From an uncultured Candidatus Saccharibacteria bacterium (GTDB taxonomy: Bacteria; Patescibacteriota; Minisyncoccia; Sungbacterales; HO2-52-23): DNA of 64,000 nucleotides. The position numbers and the translations under genes are program-made. Below, one piece after another: positions 20,720 through 31,235 of this stretch; the first letter of the stretch is position 1; every line of letters begins with the position of its first letter. Location: positions 1,057 through 65,056 of the forward strand of contig CAYIAH010000001.1 in the NCBI GenBank assembly GCA_964361495.1, in the 5' to 3' direction. The notes below the pieces were generated by a model. It saw nothing but the letters and a program-made list of their open reading frames with translations. It had not been told where the DNA came from and did no database searches.

Positions 20720-21835
20720 CTATAGTTCGAGCGTATACACGCCGCGTTCGTCCTCCAGAAAAATCATTCGCGGAGTTTCGGGAAACGTGAATACTTTTTG
20801 AAACTTTTGAGCGGCAATCTGCACGGTATACGGCTCCGCGCGCCGATCAATATCGGTGAAAAAAACGCCGTCGCCCGTGACAAACACGACGTGCCGGTCC
20901 GTATCATAAAACCATGCGGCGTCAATTATTTTTTTAGGCGATTCAATAATAGTCCCGCCGATGCCCTCTCTTTCAGAAAGTCCCTCGGGACTTTTTTTGA
21001 GCACCGCGACTTCAAGTTCTTGCTCGCGAATAAGAAGAAGTTTTTCTTCCTGCTCGTCAAAGAGCGCATTTTTGACGCCTCCGGTGAGCGGTTCTAGACG
21101 CGGCTGTTCAGCTTCCTCAAGGAGATATAAGCCGCCGAGCGAATCAATAATCGCGGCGGTACGCTCTTCGGAAGATGCAATGAAACGGACGGGCTCTTTC
21201 TCCAGATAAAATCCGGGCCTGCCGAGAATTTCGAGTGCGCGGGAAGCGAGTGCGAGACGCGCAAGAAATCCATTGCGGTCAACAAAAAGGATTAGGCCTT
21301 CATTCATTACCGCAAAAGAATGAACATTGCGGGCAATGATTTCCGTCGTCGTGCCGACCGCGTAGAGAAGCTCATTTTTCGCATTCAAGTGAAGGGGCGC
21401 ATTCTTTTGTGATTCTTTGCGCCGCGCAATGCGCGCTTGATCTTCGGGTGCGGCCGTCGTGATGTGGACCCCGCGGGGAACCAGCATGACGTTACGGAAT
21501 TCAGTCACCACTCCGGGTATCACCAAAATCTTTTTCCCCCATGAATGATAACCCTCTTTTGCGATCCTCACGCGGTGCATACCGGGTTCCACATCGGTGA
21601 TGAGCGCATTGCCGGAAAAGAGTGACGTTTCTTTCACGGTAAGATCGTCAAGCGCAATCGTGAGTCCTCCAGTTTTTGATTTGACAAAAATGCCGCCGCG
21701 TTGCTCGAAGACGCGCGTATGAATGTTGAATGAATAGCCGAGCGCATAGACGACGACGAAAGGCGACGAGAAAAGAAAGACCGCGATAAAGAAATAAAAA
21801 AGTATCCGCCTGACCGTCAGGGTCAAATGAATCAT
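20720..21835 (-). CDS. Membrane-anchored PEGA-domain protein
   Basis: N-terminal TM, PG.HRVRIAKEGY.SW.K PEGA motif, beta-rich C-terminus. Confidence 0.75.
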   Translation of the reverse strand: MIHLTLTVRRILFYFFIAVFLFSSPFVVVYALGYSFNIHTRVFEQRGGIFVKSKTGGLTIALDDLTVKETSLFSGNALITDVEPGMHRVRIAKEGYHSWGKKILVIPGVVTEFRNVMLVPRGVHITTAAPEDQARIARRKESQKNAPLHLNAKNELLYAVGTTTEIIARNVHSFAVMNEGLILFVDRNGFLARLALASRALEILGRPGFYLEKEPVRFIASSEERTAAIIDSLGGLYLLEEAEQPRLEPLTGGVKNALFDEQEEKLLLIREQELEVAVLKKSPEGLSEREGIGGTIIESPKKIIDAAWFYDTDRHVVFVTGDGVFFTDIDRRAEPYTVQIAAQKFQKVFTFPETPRMIFLEDERGVYTLEL

Positions 21836-21907
21836 ACGATCACCTTAACAAAAATGTGTCAACTTGAAAAGGATTGAACCTTAGCCCACTCTAGGGAGTA
21901 TAGGATT

Positions 21908-23221
21908 ATGACGTCAGAATATTTTGTTATCCGCGGCGGTCGGGCTCTCGACGGTTCCGTGCGCATACGAGGGTCAAAAAACGCGGCATCAAAAATGATG
22001 CTTGCTTCTTTGCTCACGAATAAGCCATGCGTGATCCAAAACATTCCGTTCTCTCTTGAAATTGACATTGCGGCCGAATTGTGCGGACGCGCAGGAAGCG
22101 CAGTGACTTTTGATCGGGAGGCGCATGCATGCACACTTCACGCGTCGTCCATCACGACCTCGCAGATTCCGGAGCTCTCCCGAAGGAATCGAATTCCGAT
22201 TCTTGCGATCGGGCCTCTTCTGCATCGAACCGGACAGGTGGAAATTCCTTTTCTCGGAGGGGATCCGATCGGTCACCGTCCCATTGATTTTCATCTTGAG
22301 GCGTTGAACCGCATGGGTGTGCGCATTGAGCGGAGGGAACATTCATATTATGCCGAGGCCGATGAAATTCGTGGCGCGGACATAACCCTTCCTTTTCCGT
22401 CAGTGGGCGCGACGGAAAACATCCTTCTTACCGCCGTATGCGCGAGCGGCCGCACCGTGATTGGAAATGCCGCCGTTGAGCCAGAGGTGATAAATTTGAT
22501 TAATATGCTTACTGCAATGGGCGCAGACATTCACTATGACGCGGCCCAACGCCGTATTGAAATTCAGGGCGTGAGAAATCTTGAAGGGGCGGTGGCGCGC
22601 GCCGTCCCCGACCGAAATGAAGCAGTGTCATTTGTTTCGGCAGCACTCGCGACGAAAGGGAGTCTTAATCTGTATGAAACCGAACCGGCGCATTTCACCG
22701 CATTTCTCGCGGCTCTTGAGGCATGGGGCGCATCATATACCATTCACAGTTGGGGGCTTCGTTTCAAATGCGGCCTCGCGCAACGGCCTGTTTCAATTGA
22801 AACCGCTCCCCATCCGAGCTTCATGACGGACTGGCAGCAGCCGTTTTCGGTTCTCCTCACGCAGGCGAACGGGACTTCGCGCGTTCATGAAACCGTCTAC
22901 GAAGACCGGTTTGGGTACGCAAAGGATCTCAACCGTATGGGAGCGGTCATTTCCGTGTCTGATGAGTGTCTTGGCAACACCGCATGTCGTTTCAACGGTC
23001 AAACATTCAACCATAGCGCACGGATTACGGGACCGACGAAGCTCATGGGCGCTGACATCCACATCACTGACATCCGTGCGGGAATGGCGCATGTGATAGC
23101 GGCGCTCGCGGCAGAAGGAGAATCACTTATCTCGGGAGTGGAGCATCTTGATAGGGGATATGAAAAAATTGATGAGCGGCTAAAAGAATTGGGCGCGGAT
23201 ATCAAACGAATTTCTAATTGA
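21908..23221 (+). CDS. murA: UDP-N-acetylglucosamine 1-carboxyvinyltransferase
   Basis: GSKNA, SVGATEN, EPEV, TDIRAG, LDRGYE. Confidence 0.95.
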   Translation: MTSEYFVIRGGRALDGSVRIRGSKNAASKMMLASLLTNKPCVIQNIPFSLEIDIAAELCGRAGSAVTFDREAHACTLHASSITTSQIPELSRRNRIPILAIGPLLHRTGQVEIPFLGGDPIGHRPIDFHLEALNRMGVRIERREHSYYAEADEIRGADITLPFPSVGATENILLTAVCASGRTVIGNAAVEPEVINLINMLTAMGADIHYDAAQRRIEIQGVRNLEGAVARAVPDRNEAVSFVSAALATKGSLNLYETEPAHFTAFLAALEAWGASYTIHSWGLRFKCGLAQRPVSIETAPHPSFMTDWQQPFSVLLTQANGTSRVHETVYEDRFGYAKDLNRMGAVISVSDECLGNTACRFNGQTFNHSARITGPTKLMGADIHITDIRAGMAHVIAALAAEGESLISGVEHLDRGYEKIDERLKELGADIKRISN

Positions 23222-23295
23222 CCTACTTTCCAATAGCGGGTCTTCGTGAATTGAGATTTGATTAGACCAATTAGAAATTAGGTTAATTAGAAATT
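23209..23295. repeat. AT-rich inverted/direct repeat (AATTAGAAATT units)
   Basis: 17-bp inverted repeat 23209-23225/23279-23295 with one G-T; direct copies at 23269 and 23285. Confidence 0.6.
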
Positions 23296-23302
23296 GATCC
23301 TT

Positions 23303-24313
23303 ATGTTTATCCGTAAAATTGGCATTGATCTTGGCACCGCAAATACGCTCGTGTTTGTGCCTAAAAAGGGAGTGGTGGTCAACGAACCGTCGGTTGTTGC
23401 GGTTGCGCGCGATGACAATCGCGTGCTTGCGGTAGGGAATGAAGCGCGGGAAATGGTCGGGAGAACGCCGGATAGTATCATTGCCTACCGTCCGCTCAAG
23501 GACGGCGTCATTGCGGACTATCGCGTCACCGAAGCGATGCTGCGCTATTTTATCAACAAGGTGAGCGGCCGCTTCAAACTTTTCCGTCCCGAAGTGATGA
23601 CTTCGGTTCCGGCGGGCGTGACCTCAACGGAACGAAGAGCTGTCATTGAGGCAACGGTCCAAGCAGGAGCAAAGGCCGCGTATGTAGTGAAAGAACCGGT
23701 GCTTGCGGCAATCGGGGCAGGAATCCCAATCAATGAACCCGCCGGACACATGATCGTAGACATCGGCGGCGGGACCTCCGACATCGCGGTGATTTCTCTG
23801 GGCGGAATTGTTGCGGCAACATCGGTCAAAGTCGCGGGCAACAGATTTGATCAGGCAATTGCCGAGTATATCAAGAAAAATTACAACCTTGCGGTGGGAG
23901 ATCGCACCGCCGAGGAAGTTAAAATCAAAATCGGGTCCGCAGTCGCGCTTGACGATGAGACGCTTTTTATGGAGATCAAAGGGCGTGATCTTATGAGCGG
24001 ATTGCCGAAAATCGTCGAAATTCATTCCGCGGAAGTTACCGAAGCGATTGCCGACGAACTTGATGAAGTGGTGCGGGCAATAAAGTCGGTGCTTCACGAA
24101 ACGCCGCCAGAGCTTGCCGCGGACATCATGGATAAGGGGATTGTGCTGACCGGCGGCGGCGCGCTTCTGCGCGCCATTGATAAACTTGTCCTTCAAGAAA
24201 CGGGTGTTCCCGCGCATATCGCCGAGGAGCCGCTCTTATGCGTTGCCAAAGGAACGGGAATCGTCTTGGAACATCTTGACATATATAAAAGAAGTATCAT
24301 GTCAAAAAGATAA
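23303..24313 (+). CDS. mreB: Rod shape-determining protein MreB/Mbl
   Basis: IDLGTANT, DIGGGT, LTGGGALL. Confidence 0.96.
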   Translation: MFIRKIGIDLGTANTLVFVPKKGVVVNEPSVVAVARDDNRVLAVGNEAREMVGRTPDSIIAYRPLKDGVIADYRVTEAMLRYFINKVSGRFKLFRPEVMTSVPAGVTSTERRAVIEATVQAGAKAAYVVKEPVLAAIGAGIPINEPAGHMIVDIGGGTSDIAVISLGGIVAATSVKVAGNRFDQAIAEYIKKNYNLAVGDRTAEEVKIKIGSAVALDDETLFMEIKGRDLMSGLPKIVEIHSAEVTEAIADELDEVVRAIKSVLHETPPELAADIMDKGIVLTGGGALLRAIDKLVLQETGVPAHIAEEPLLCVAKGTGIVLEHLDIYKRSIMSKR

Positions 24314-24319
24314 ATTTAT

Positions 24320-25162
24320 ATGATTATCGGTCATGAAAGACAATGTACGTATCTTGAAGACGCGCATCGGCGGGGACGAATGCCGCACGCCTATCTTTTT
24401 TATGGACCGGAGCACATAGGGAAATTCACTGTCGCGAAAGAGTATGCGGCGCGTTTTCAGGAGATTGAAGTTATTGCGCCCGAACCCGGGAAAGAACTTT
24501 CGATTGCGGCGATTCGGGAGCTGAAACGCGTGTGCGCGTTCGCGCCCCGCGCGAATCAGGAGCGGCTTTTCATTATTGACGAGGCGCAACGTCTCACAAG
24601 GGAGGCGGGGAATGCGTTTCTTAAACTTCTTGAAGAACCCGGAAAACACACGGTTTTTATTCTCGTCACACCCGCTCTTGATATGATTTTGCCGACCATT
24701 ATTTCGCGCGCATGCCCGCTTCGCTTCTCACTTGTGCAGGAGCGCGCTCTTGATGACTTTCTCGTTCGTGAAAAAATTGACGCGCCGCGTCGTGATGAAC
24801 TCCGCGCGTTTGCCCGAGGCAGACCCGGAATTCTTATACGTCTTATCTCTGACAAAGAATATTTCGAACGGGAAACACAACTAAAAAAAGAGGTCACCGG
24901 AATCCTCACGCGGCGCGCCTATCCGGAGGCGTTTCTTCTTGCCCAGCGCACGGCAAGCGACGATGATCTTCGCCGCCGTGCGATTGAGTATACGATCTCT
25001 CTCGTTCGCGACGCATGCCGCACGGGAGACGGTCTTCAGAAAAAAAATAAAGTCCGCGCGCTCAAAGAAATCCATCGCATCATGGCGTCAATCGAAACGA
25101 CCAACGTGAACCCTCGTCTTGCGATGGACGCCCTCTTTATCGAAGCGCTCAAGACGACCTAA
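24320..25162 (+). CDS. holB: DNA polymerase III subunit delta-prime
   Basis: HAYLFYGP..IGK, NAFLKLLEEP, PTIISR. Confidence 0.88.
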   Translation: MIIGHERQCTYLEDAHRRGRMPHAYLFYGPEHIGKFTVAKEYAARFQEIEVIAPEPGKELSIAAIRELKRVCAFAPRANQERLFIIDEAQRLTREAGNAFLKLLEEPGKHTVFILVTPALDMILPTIISRACPLRFSLVQERALDDFLVREKIDAPRRDELRAFARGRPGILIRLISDKEYFERETQLKKEVTGILTRRAYPEAFLLAQRTASDDDLRRRAIEYTISLVRDACRTGDGLQKKNKVRALKEIHRIMASIETTNVNPRLAMDALFIEALKTT

Positions 25163-25169
25163 AATACTC

Positions 25170-26318
25170 ATGTTTTTGAAACTTCTGCTCGCGGCAGCGG
25201 TCCTTTTTATATTTTTTGTGGTGATTTTCCCATTGACGCTTTCGCTTGCCGGCGCGCCGATCGTTTCTTTGCAAGACGCGTTCGTTCCCGCAACAGAGAC
25301 ACAAGCGAACCTCTGGCGCTCGGGAGACAATGGAGCCACATGGATGCCAATAGGTATTCCGGGTGAAAAGAAAAAAGAATCGGGGCGCCCGATTCTCGAT
25401 CTTGCCTTCCACCCTCGTGATTCTGCTATACTATATGCAGGAACACGCAGAGGCTTGTGGAAAAGCGGCGATGAAGGAAAATCATGGCAACGCATCAATG
25501 ACGAAAAACATTTTTTGGGCAAAAAGAGCGACGTCTCGCGAGTGATTATTACTCCCGCGAAACCCGCGACGATTCATCTCGCGATCTATGAAAAACGGCG
25601 GGGACATGTTTTAAAAAGCATTGATGACGGACGGACATTTGAAGAACTCTATTTTACGACAACCGAAGGCGTGCGAATATCGGCGTTGGAGGTAAAGCGA
25701 GGCGACTCGCCCGGGATTTTCTTTGCGACAAGCGACGGAGGGCTTTTTGAATCAAATGATCGCGGCGCATCGTGGCGGGCTATCCGGCGGTTTGACAATC
25801 CGGTCGTTCATATCTATGCAGAGAGTGACATATACGAACTCATGGTGATGACGCAGCACGGGGAGATTTTCGGACTGCCGCATCATCGGATGCGCTGGGA
25901 AGCGATCACGCCTGCTCGCGGGGCTATGGAAGACACAGAACTTCTTGCCGCGGGAATGGGATGGACGATTTTTTCACGCGGGGCATTTTTAACGGGAATG
26001 CCGCTCTTTGAACGCAATTCGCGTGACCGCAATACATTCTATTACGGTTCAAGAAGTGCGGTATATCAATCCTCTGACAGCGGGCGGTCGTGGCATACCA
26101 TGGACCTTCTTCTCTCGCCCTACGAATTTCCGGTATACGCGCTTGCAGCCGATCCGCGAACAGACGGACATCTCATTCTTGCGGCACATGGAAATCTGCA
26201 TAAAACGATCGACGGAGGGAAAAATTGGGGGGCGGCGACATTTCCTTCGGGCGAGCGCATTACCAAACTATTCATGCATCCCCTTCGGGAAAAAGTCATA
26301 TTTGCGGCAGTGCACTGA
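25170..26318 (+). CDS. Exported BNR/Asp-box beta-propeller protein
   Basis: Repeated S.D.G.(S/T)W Asp-boxes; N-terminal hydrophobic anchor. Confidence 0.8.
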   Translation: MFLKLLLAAAVLFIFFVVIFPLTLSLAGAPIVSLQDAFVPATETQANLWRSGDNGATWMPIGIPGEKKKESGRPILDLAFHPRDSAILYAGTRRGLWKSGDEGKSWQRINDEKHFLGKKSDVSRVIITPAKPATIHLAIYEKRRGHVLKSIDDGRTFEELYFTTTEGVRISALEVKRGDSPGIFFATSDGGLFESNDRGASWRAIRRFDNPVVHIYAESDIYELMVMTQHGEIFGLPHHRMRWEAITPARGAMEDTELLAAGMGWTIFSRGAFLTGMPLFERNSRDRNTFYYGSRSAVYQSSDSGRSWHTMDLLLSPYEFPVYALAADPRTDGHLILAAHGNLHKTIDGGKNWGAATFPSGERITKLFMHPLREKVIFAAVH

Positions 26319-26350
26319 AAAATAAATCGGATATCATTACTATATATACT

Positions 26351-26890
26351 ATGGAGTTTGCCCAAAAATTGGAACGAATTCTTAATGAATTTTCCCGCGA
26401 ACTTACGTTGCTTCGCACGGCGCGCGCAACGCCCGCGCTTGTCGAAGATCTCGAAGTTGAACAGTATGGTTCGAAAGTGCCGCTTAAAACAATCGCGTCA
26501 ATCTCGAATCCAGAGCCTCGGGCTCTCGTCATAAAACCGTGGGATAAAAGTACGATACCCGCGATTGAACAAGCGATTCTGCGTTCTCCCGTCGGTTTAA
26601 ATCCCATCACTGATCGAGAAGCGATTCGCCTTTCAATTCCGCCGCTCACCGAAGAACGACGCAGAGAGCTCGCGAAACTTCTCGGACGGCGGGCTGAGGA
26701 CGCGCGAATCAAGATCAGACAAATTCGCGAAGATGAATTAAGGGAGCTTGATCGTCTTTACAAAGCGAAGGAAATTTCTGAAGATGAAAAGTTCAGACGC
26801 AAGAACGAACTTCAAAAAAAAGTTGACGAAGCGAATCGAAAGATTCTTGAAACGGCGGCGCATAAAGAGAAAGAAATCGCGGCGGTATAG
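26351..26890 (+). CDS. frr: Ribosome recycling factor
   Basis: RTARATP, PWDKS, PPLTEERR; start placed at MEFAQK. Confidence 0.95.
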   Translation: MEFAQKLERILNEFSRELTLLRTARATPALVEDLEVEQYGSKVPLKTIASISNPEPRALVIKPWDKSTIPAIEQAILRSPVGLNPITDREAIRLSIPPLTEERRRELAKLLGRRAEDARIKIRQIREDELRELDRLYKAKEISEDEKFRRKNELQKKVDEANRKILETAAHKEKEIAAV

Positions 26891-26977
26891 CATAGTGACA
26901 CACGATATACTTATCAGCGGCATAAGTCGGCTCGGATTACGCCCTGGAAACTCGGTTTTCGGATACTGATTCCGAGT

Positions 26978-27035
26978 AGAACCCATCTCAAAATTCCATT
27001 TCGCCTCCGCGACGCGATTTTTGAGATTGAGTTCT
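26978..27035. mobile_element. MITE-like ~57-63 bp element, copy A
   Basis: AGAACCCATCTCAAAA...TTTTGAGATTGAGTTCT; near identical to the copy at 58155. Confidence 0.8.
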
Positions 27036-27043
27036 CAACAAAC

Positions 27044-28111
27044 ATCATTACTCTCCTTATTGTCATTATTTTAATCAGCGTTCTCATTTTGATCCATGAA
27101 TGGGGACATTTCTATGCGGCGCGGCGGCTTGGCGTGCGGGTTGAAGAATTTGGTTTTGGTTTTCCGCCGCGGATATTTTCGCGCATCAAAAAGGGCGTGC
27201 GCTACTCGCTGAATCTCTTGCCGTTCGGGGGGTTCGTAAAAATTTTCGGAGAACACGGCGAAGGTGAAGGCGAGCGCGCAAGCTTCACTTCGCGTCCCGC
27301 ATGGCAGCGATTTGTCATTCTTGCTGCGGGCGTCGGGATGAATTTTGTGCTTGCATGGCTCCTCTTTTCTTTTGGCGCGGCTATCGGGGTTCCAGCGGCG
27401 GAAGATGAAAAAAACAGCGCGGCGCCCGTTTCCATCATTGATATTGCCTCCAATTCTCCCGCAGCTGCGGCAGGACTTCGTTTTGGAGACGAAATCATTG
27501 AGCTGCGCGCGCCGGAAGTGACACTTCGTATTATCTCGGAAAAAGATGTGCGCGATTTTGTTGATGCCTATCGCGGAGAAGAAATTATACTCGTTGTCCG
27601 CCGCAGCAAAGAAACACGGGAGGTCGCGCTTACCCCGCGCGCATCGTTTCCGCCGGGAGAAGGGCCGATCGGCATTGCAATGGCGCGGCTCGTGATCCGC
27701 CGCGTGCCGTGGTATCGGGCGCCATGGGACGGCGCGCTCGCCGTGGCCGAGAGCACCCGCGCAATTGTATTTGGTTTCGGTTCAGTCATCCGCGATCTCG
27801 CGACCCACGGAAAAACCGCGATGGCAATATCGGGCCCTGTCGGGATTTTCTTTTTTGCCCACGATACCTTTGGTTTGGGCGCCGCGTATATCATGCAGTT
27901 TGCGGCGATGCTCTCCATTAACCTCGCAATTCTTAACTTTCTGCCGATTCCCGCGCTCGATGGAGGAAGAGTTCTTTTTCTTTTGATTGAAAAAGCGAAG
28001 GGACGAAAGATCAATCCCCGCGTCGAAAATATTATCCACGGCATCGGTTTTGCGCTGCTTCTCTTCCTCATGGTTTTGGTCACGTATCGCGATATCGTGA
28101 AGATTTTTTAA
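27044..28111 (+). CDS. rseP: Site-2 intramembrane zinc protease (M50) with PDZ domain; start codon uncertain
   Basis: HEWGH, GFPP, AGV.MN, NFLPIPALDGG; hydrophobic helix upstream of TTG 27089 is in frame but has no ATG/GTG/TTG. Confidence 0.9.
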   Translation: MITLLIVIILISVLILIHEWGHFYAARRLGVRVEEFGFGFPPRIFSRIKKGVRYSLNLLPFGGFVKIFGEHGEGEGERASFTSRPAWQRFVILAAGVGMNFVLAWLLFSFGAAIGVPAAEDEKNSAAPVSIIDIASNSPAAAAGLRFGDEIIELRAPEVTLRIISEKDVRDFVDAYRGEEIILVVRRSKETREVALTPRASFPPGEGPIGIAMARLVIRRVPWYRAPWDGALAVAESTRAIVFGFGSVIRDLATHGKTAMAISGPVGIFFFAHDTFGLGAAYIMQFAAMLSINLAILNFLPIPALDGGRVLFLLIEKAKGRKINPRVENIIHGIGFALLLFLMVLVTYRDIVKIF

Positions 28112-28131
28112 TTTAGTGGTATACTGCCTCT

Positions 28132-28371
28132 ATGCATCAGGTCACCATATTTACCACGCCAACCTGCGTGTACTGCACGAGGGCAAAAGAATTTTTTAAA
28201 AAGAATAATATCGCCTATCAAGAGCGGGATGTTGCCGCGGACCAGAAGGCGCGCCAAGACATGATTACGCGCTCCGGCCAGATGGGCGTGCCGGTGATTG
28301 ACGTGGACGGCAAGCTCATCATCGGTTTTGATCAAACGCGACTGAAAGAAGCGCTCAACATTAAAGTTTAA
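28132..28371 (+). CDS. Glutaredoxin-like NrdH/YruB redoxin
   Basis: CVYC, GQMGVPVI, IIGFD. Confidence 0.92.
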   Translation: MHQVTIFTTPTCVYCTRAKEFFKKNNIAYQERDVAADQKARQDMITRSGQMGVPVIDVDGKLIIGFDQTRLKEALNIKV

Positions 28372-28383
28372 ACATTTAATTTC

Positions 28384-29391
28384 ATGGCCACACGCATCGC
28401 CATTAACGGATTTGGACGGGTCGGCCGTTCTTTTCTTCGGGAAACATTTGATCTTCCCGAGTTCACTATTGTTGCGGTCAATGATATTGCGCCTCCTGAA
28501 ACACTTGCATACGTCCTGAAATACGACTCGGTCTACGGCAGATACCGGCATTCTGTATCGTGGGGCGAAAACAAACTTATCATAGGGGATAAGGAAGTGG
28601 CGGTATTTGAGGAAAAGGATCCCGCAAAGCTTCCGTGGAAACAACTTGGAGTGGATATCGTTATTGAATCCACCGGTAAATTCGCATCCGGAGAAAAAGC
28701 AAAGCCGCATCTTGATGCGGGCGCGAAGCGTGTCGTCATCACGGCGCCCGCATCCGATGGCGTCACCACCGCATTGATCGGTGTCAATGACGATCGGTTC
28801 GCCACTGCAGGCGCAATAACCTGCAATGCTTCATGCACCACAAACTCCGCGGCACCCGTGCTTGCGGTTATGCATGAAGCGCTGGGAATCAAAAAGGCGA
28901 GCATGATCACTGTGCACGCGTATACCGCAAGCCAGCGGGCAGTGGATGAGATTGACGCGCGAGACCGGCGCCGCGGGAGGGCCGCAGCAGTCAATATCGT
29001 CCCCTCCACGACCGGTGCGGCTGAAGCGGTTATCCAGGCGCTGCCCGAATTAAAGGGGAAATTCGATGCGGCGGCAGTCCGCGTGCCAACCGTGATCGGA
29101 TCCTTGAGTATTATCTCGGTAGCGGTGAATCGCGTGATTTCGCGTGATGAACTGCATGAGATATTTGAAGCCGCCGCGGCAACGCCGCGATGGCAAAAAA
29201 TCCTCAAGGTCACAAAAGATGAACTGGTCTCAACTGATATTATCGGCGAACCGTACGGCGCAATAGTTGACCTCACGCTCACGAAAATTGTTGACGGCGA
29301 CTTTGTGACGTTATTCTCATGGTATGACAACGAAGCGGGATACACGGCAACACTCATTGAACATGTACGGAGAGTCGTGATGCATCTATAA
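28384..29391 (+). CDS. gap: Glyceraldehyde-3-phosphate dehydrogenase type I
   Basis: INGFGRVGR, ASCTTN, WYDNE. Confidence 0.96.
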   Translation: MATRIAINGFGRVGRSFLRETFDLPEFTIVAVNDIAPPETLAYVLKYDSVYGRYRHSVSWGENKLIIGDKEVAVFEEKDPAKLPWKQLGVDIVIESTGKFASGEKAKPHLDAGAKRVVITAPASDGVTTALIGVNDDRFATAGAITCNASCTTNSAAPVLAVMHEALGIKKASMITVHAYTASQRAVDEIDARDRRRGRAAAVNIVPSTTGAAEAVIQALPELKGKFDAAAVRVPTVIGSLSIISVAVNRVISRDELHEIFEAAAATPRWQKILKVTKDELVSTDIIGEPYGAIVDLTLTKIVDGDFVTLFSWYDNEAGYTATLIEHVRRVVMHL

Positions 29392-29403
29392 ATTTTTTCC
29401 GTT

Positions 29404-30267
29404 GTGTCTCATTATATTCACGATGAAAAAATAAAAGAGCTTGAGGAGGTGGCGAATAAGATTCGCGAAAGCGTGATTGAGTCACTCGTCGCCGCGGGTT
29501 CGGGACACACGGCAGGGCCTCTGGGCATGGCGGATATTTTTGCGGCGCTGTATTTTCATATTCTTAACCATGATCCAAAAAATCCGGAGTGGCCGGAGCG
29601 CGACCGCCTCATTTTATCAAACGGGCATATTTGTCCGGTGCGCTACGCCGCCATGGCGCATGCGGGATATTTTCCTATCGAGGAACTCCAGACGCTCCGG
29701 AAACTGGGCTCCAGATTGCAAGGGCATCCTGAACGCGAGCGGCTTCCGGGCATAGAGACGACATCAGGGCCGCTTGGATCCGGTTTGGGGCAAGCCGCCG
29801 GCTACGCATACGGGACGCGCATGGACGGGAAAAAATTCCGCGTGTACTGCATCATGTCCGACGGGGAACAGCAGGCGGGTAATACATGGGAAGCGGCAAT
29901 GTTCGCGGGCAACAATAAATTAAATAATCTTACCGCGCTCATTGACCGCAACAACATCCAGATTAACGGCATGACCGAGAATGTGATGCCGCTCGAACCC
30001 CTCCGCGCCAAGTACGAGGCATTTAATTGGCATGTACTCGAAATTGACGGGCACAATATCGAACATATTGTTGACGCGGTCGAAGAGGCGAAAGCCGTGT
30101 ATGAAAAACCGACAGTCATCATTGCGCATACGATTCCGGGCAAAGGAGTGAAGGAAATAGAATTTGACTATGCGTGGCACGGCATTCCGCCAAATAAAGA
30201 ACAGGCGAACAAATTCTTAGCGGAACTGCGCACCTTGGGAGGAAAAATAAAAAGCGAACATGAATAA
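29404..30267 (+). CDS. Transketolase, N-terminal subunit
   Basis: GSGH, DRLILSNGH, LQGHP, TPP-binding SDGE...DRN. Confidence 0.93.
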   Translation: MSHYIHDEKIKELEEVANKIRESVIESLVAAGSGHTAGPLGMADIFAALYFHILNHDPKNPEWPERDRLILSNGHICPVRYAAMAHAGYFPIEELQTLRKLGSRLQGHPERERLPGIETTSGPLGSGLGQAAGYAYGTRMDGKKFRVYCIMSDGEQQAGNTWEAAMFAGNNKLNNLTALIDRNNIQINGMTENVMPLEPLRAKYEAFNWHVLEIDGHNIEHIVDAVEEAKAVYEKPTVIIAHTIPGKGVKEIEFDYAWHGIPPNKEQANKFLAELRTLGGKIKSEHE

Positions 30268-31225
30268 TCCGTTTTTAATAAAACCGGCGGAGCAAAAACC
30301 AACCCGCGACGGGTATGGCAAGGGGCTTGTTGCGGCTGGCGAGAAAGATAAGCGAGTCGTGGTTTTGTGCGCGGATCTCGCCGAATCAACGCGATCGCAT
30401 TGGTTCAAAGAAAAGTTTCCGGATCGTTACATAGAATTGGGGGTTGCGGAACAAAATATGGCGACGGTCGCGGCAGGTCTTGCAAACTACGGAAAAATTC
30501 CTTTTATTTCTTCATATGCCGCTTTCAGTCCGGGCAGAAATAATGAGCAGATTCGGACGACCATTGCAATCAATAACCTTGGCGTAAAAATAGGTGGGGC
30601 GCATGCGGGAATTTCAGTCGGACCCGACGGCGCCACGCATCAGGCGCTTGAGGACGCGGGCATCATGCGCATGATGCCGCGGCTCACAGTCCTTGTGCCC
30701 TGTGACGCGATTGAAGCAGAAAAGGCGACGATTGCCGCCGCGTTTCATCCCGGACCCGTCTATATCCGTTTCGGCCGGGAGAAGTCGCCAGTATTCACCA
30801 CGGCTGAAACACCGTTCGCCATCGGCAAAGCAGTCGTTTTCCGGGAAGGAAAAGATGTCTCAATTATCGGCTGCGGCATGCTTCTCTATAATGCGCTCAC
30901 CGCCGCGGAACAGCTCGCCGGAGAGGGGATTGACGCAGAAGTGCTTAACAGTCCGACGCTCAAGCCGTTTGATACGGATACGATTGTCGCGAGCGTGAAA
31001 AAAACCGGCGCCGCAGTGACCGTTGAAGAACATCAAATCTATGGGGGACTGGGGTCTGCGGTTGCCGAGGTTCTTGCTCTGCATTTTCCCGCTCCCATGG
31101 AATTTGTCGGTGTGCGCGACCGATTCGGCGAATCGGGAAATCCGAGTGAACTGATTGAAGCGTTTGGTCTTGGCGTAAAGGATATTGCCGCCGCGGTGAA
31201 AAAGGTCATCGCAAGAAAAAAATAA
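30260..31225 (+). CDS. Transketolase, C-terminal subunit
   Basis: GVAEQNM, DGATHQ, EEHQ..GGLG. Confidence 0.93.
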   Translation: MNNPFLIKPAEQKPTRDGYGKGLVAAGEKDKRVVVLCADLAESTRSHWFKEKFPDRYIELGVAEQNMATVAAGLANYGKIPFISSYAAFSPGRNNEQIRTTIAINNLGVKIGGAHAGISVGPDGATHQALEDAGIMRMMPRLTVLVPCDAIEAEKATIAAAFHPGPVYIRFGREKSPVFTTAETPFAIGKAVVFREGKDVSIIGCGMLLYNALTAAEQLAGEGIDAEVLNSPTLKPFDTDTIVASVKKTGAAVTVEEHQIYGGLGSAVAEVLALHFPAPMEFVGVRDRFGESGNPSELIEAFGLGVKDIAAAVKKVIARKK

Positions 31226-31235
31226 TGAGACAGGA

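Noticed and set aside
28533-29357. 274-aa ORF antisense to gap, and similar shadow ORFs elsewhere
   Set aside because: Fully overlap well-conserved genes on the opposite strand, with no recognisable motifs.
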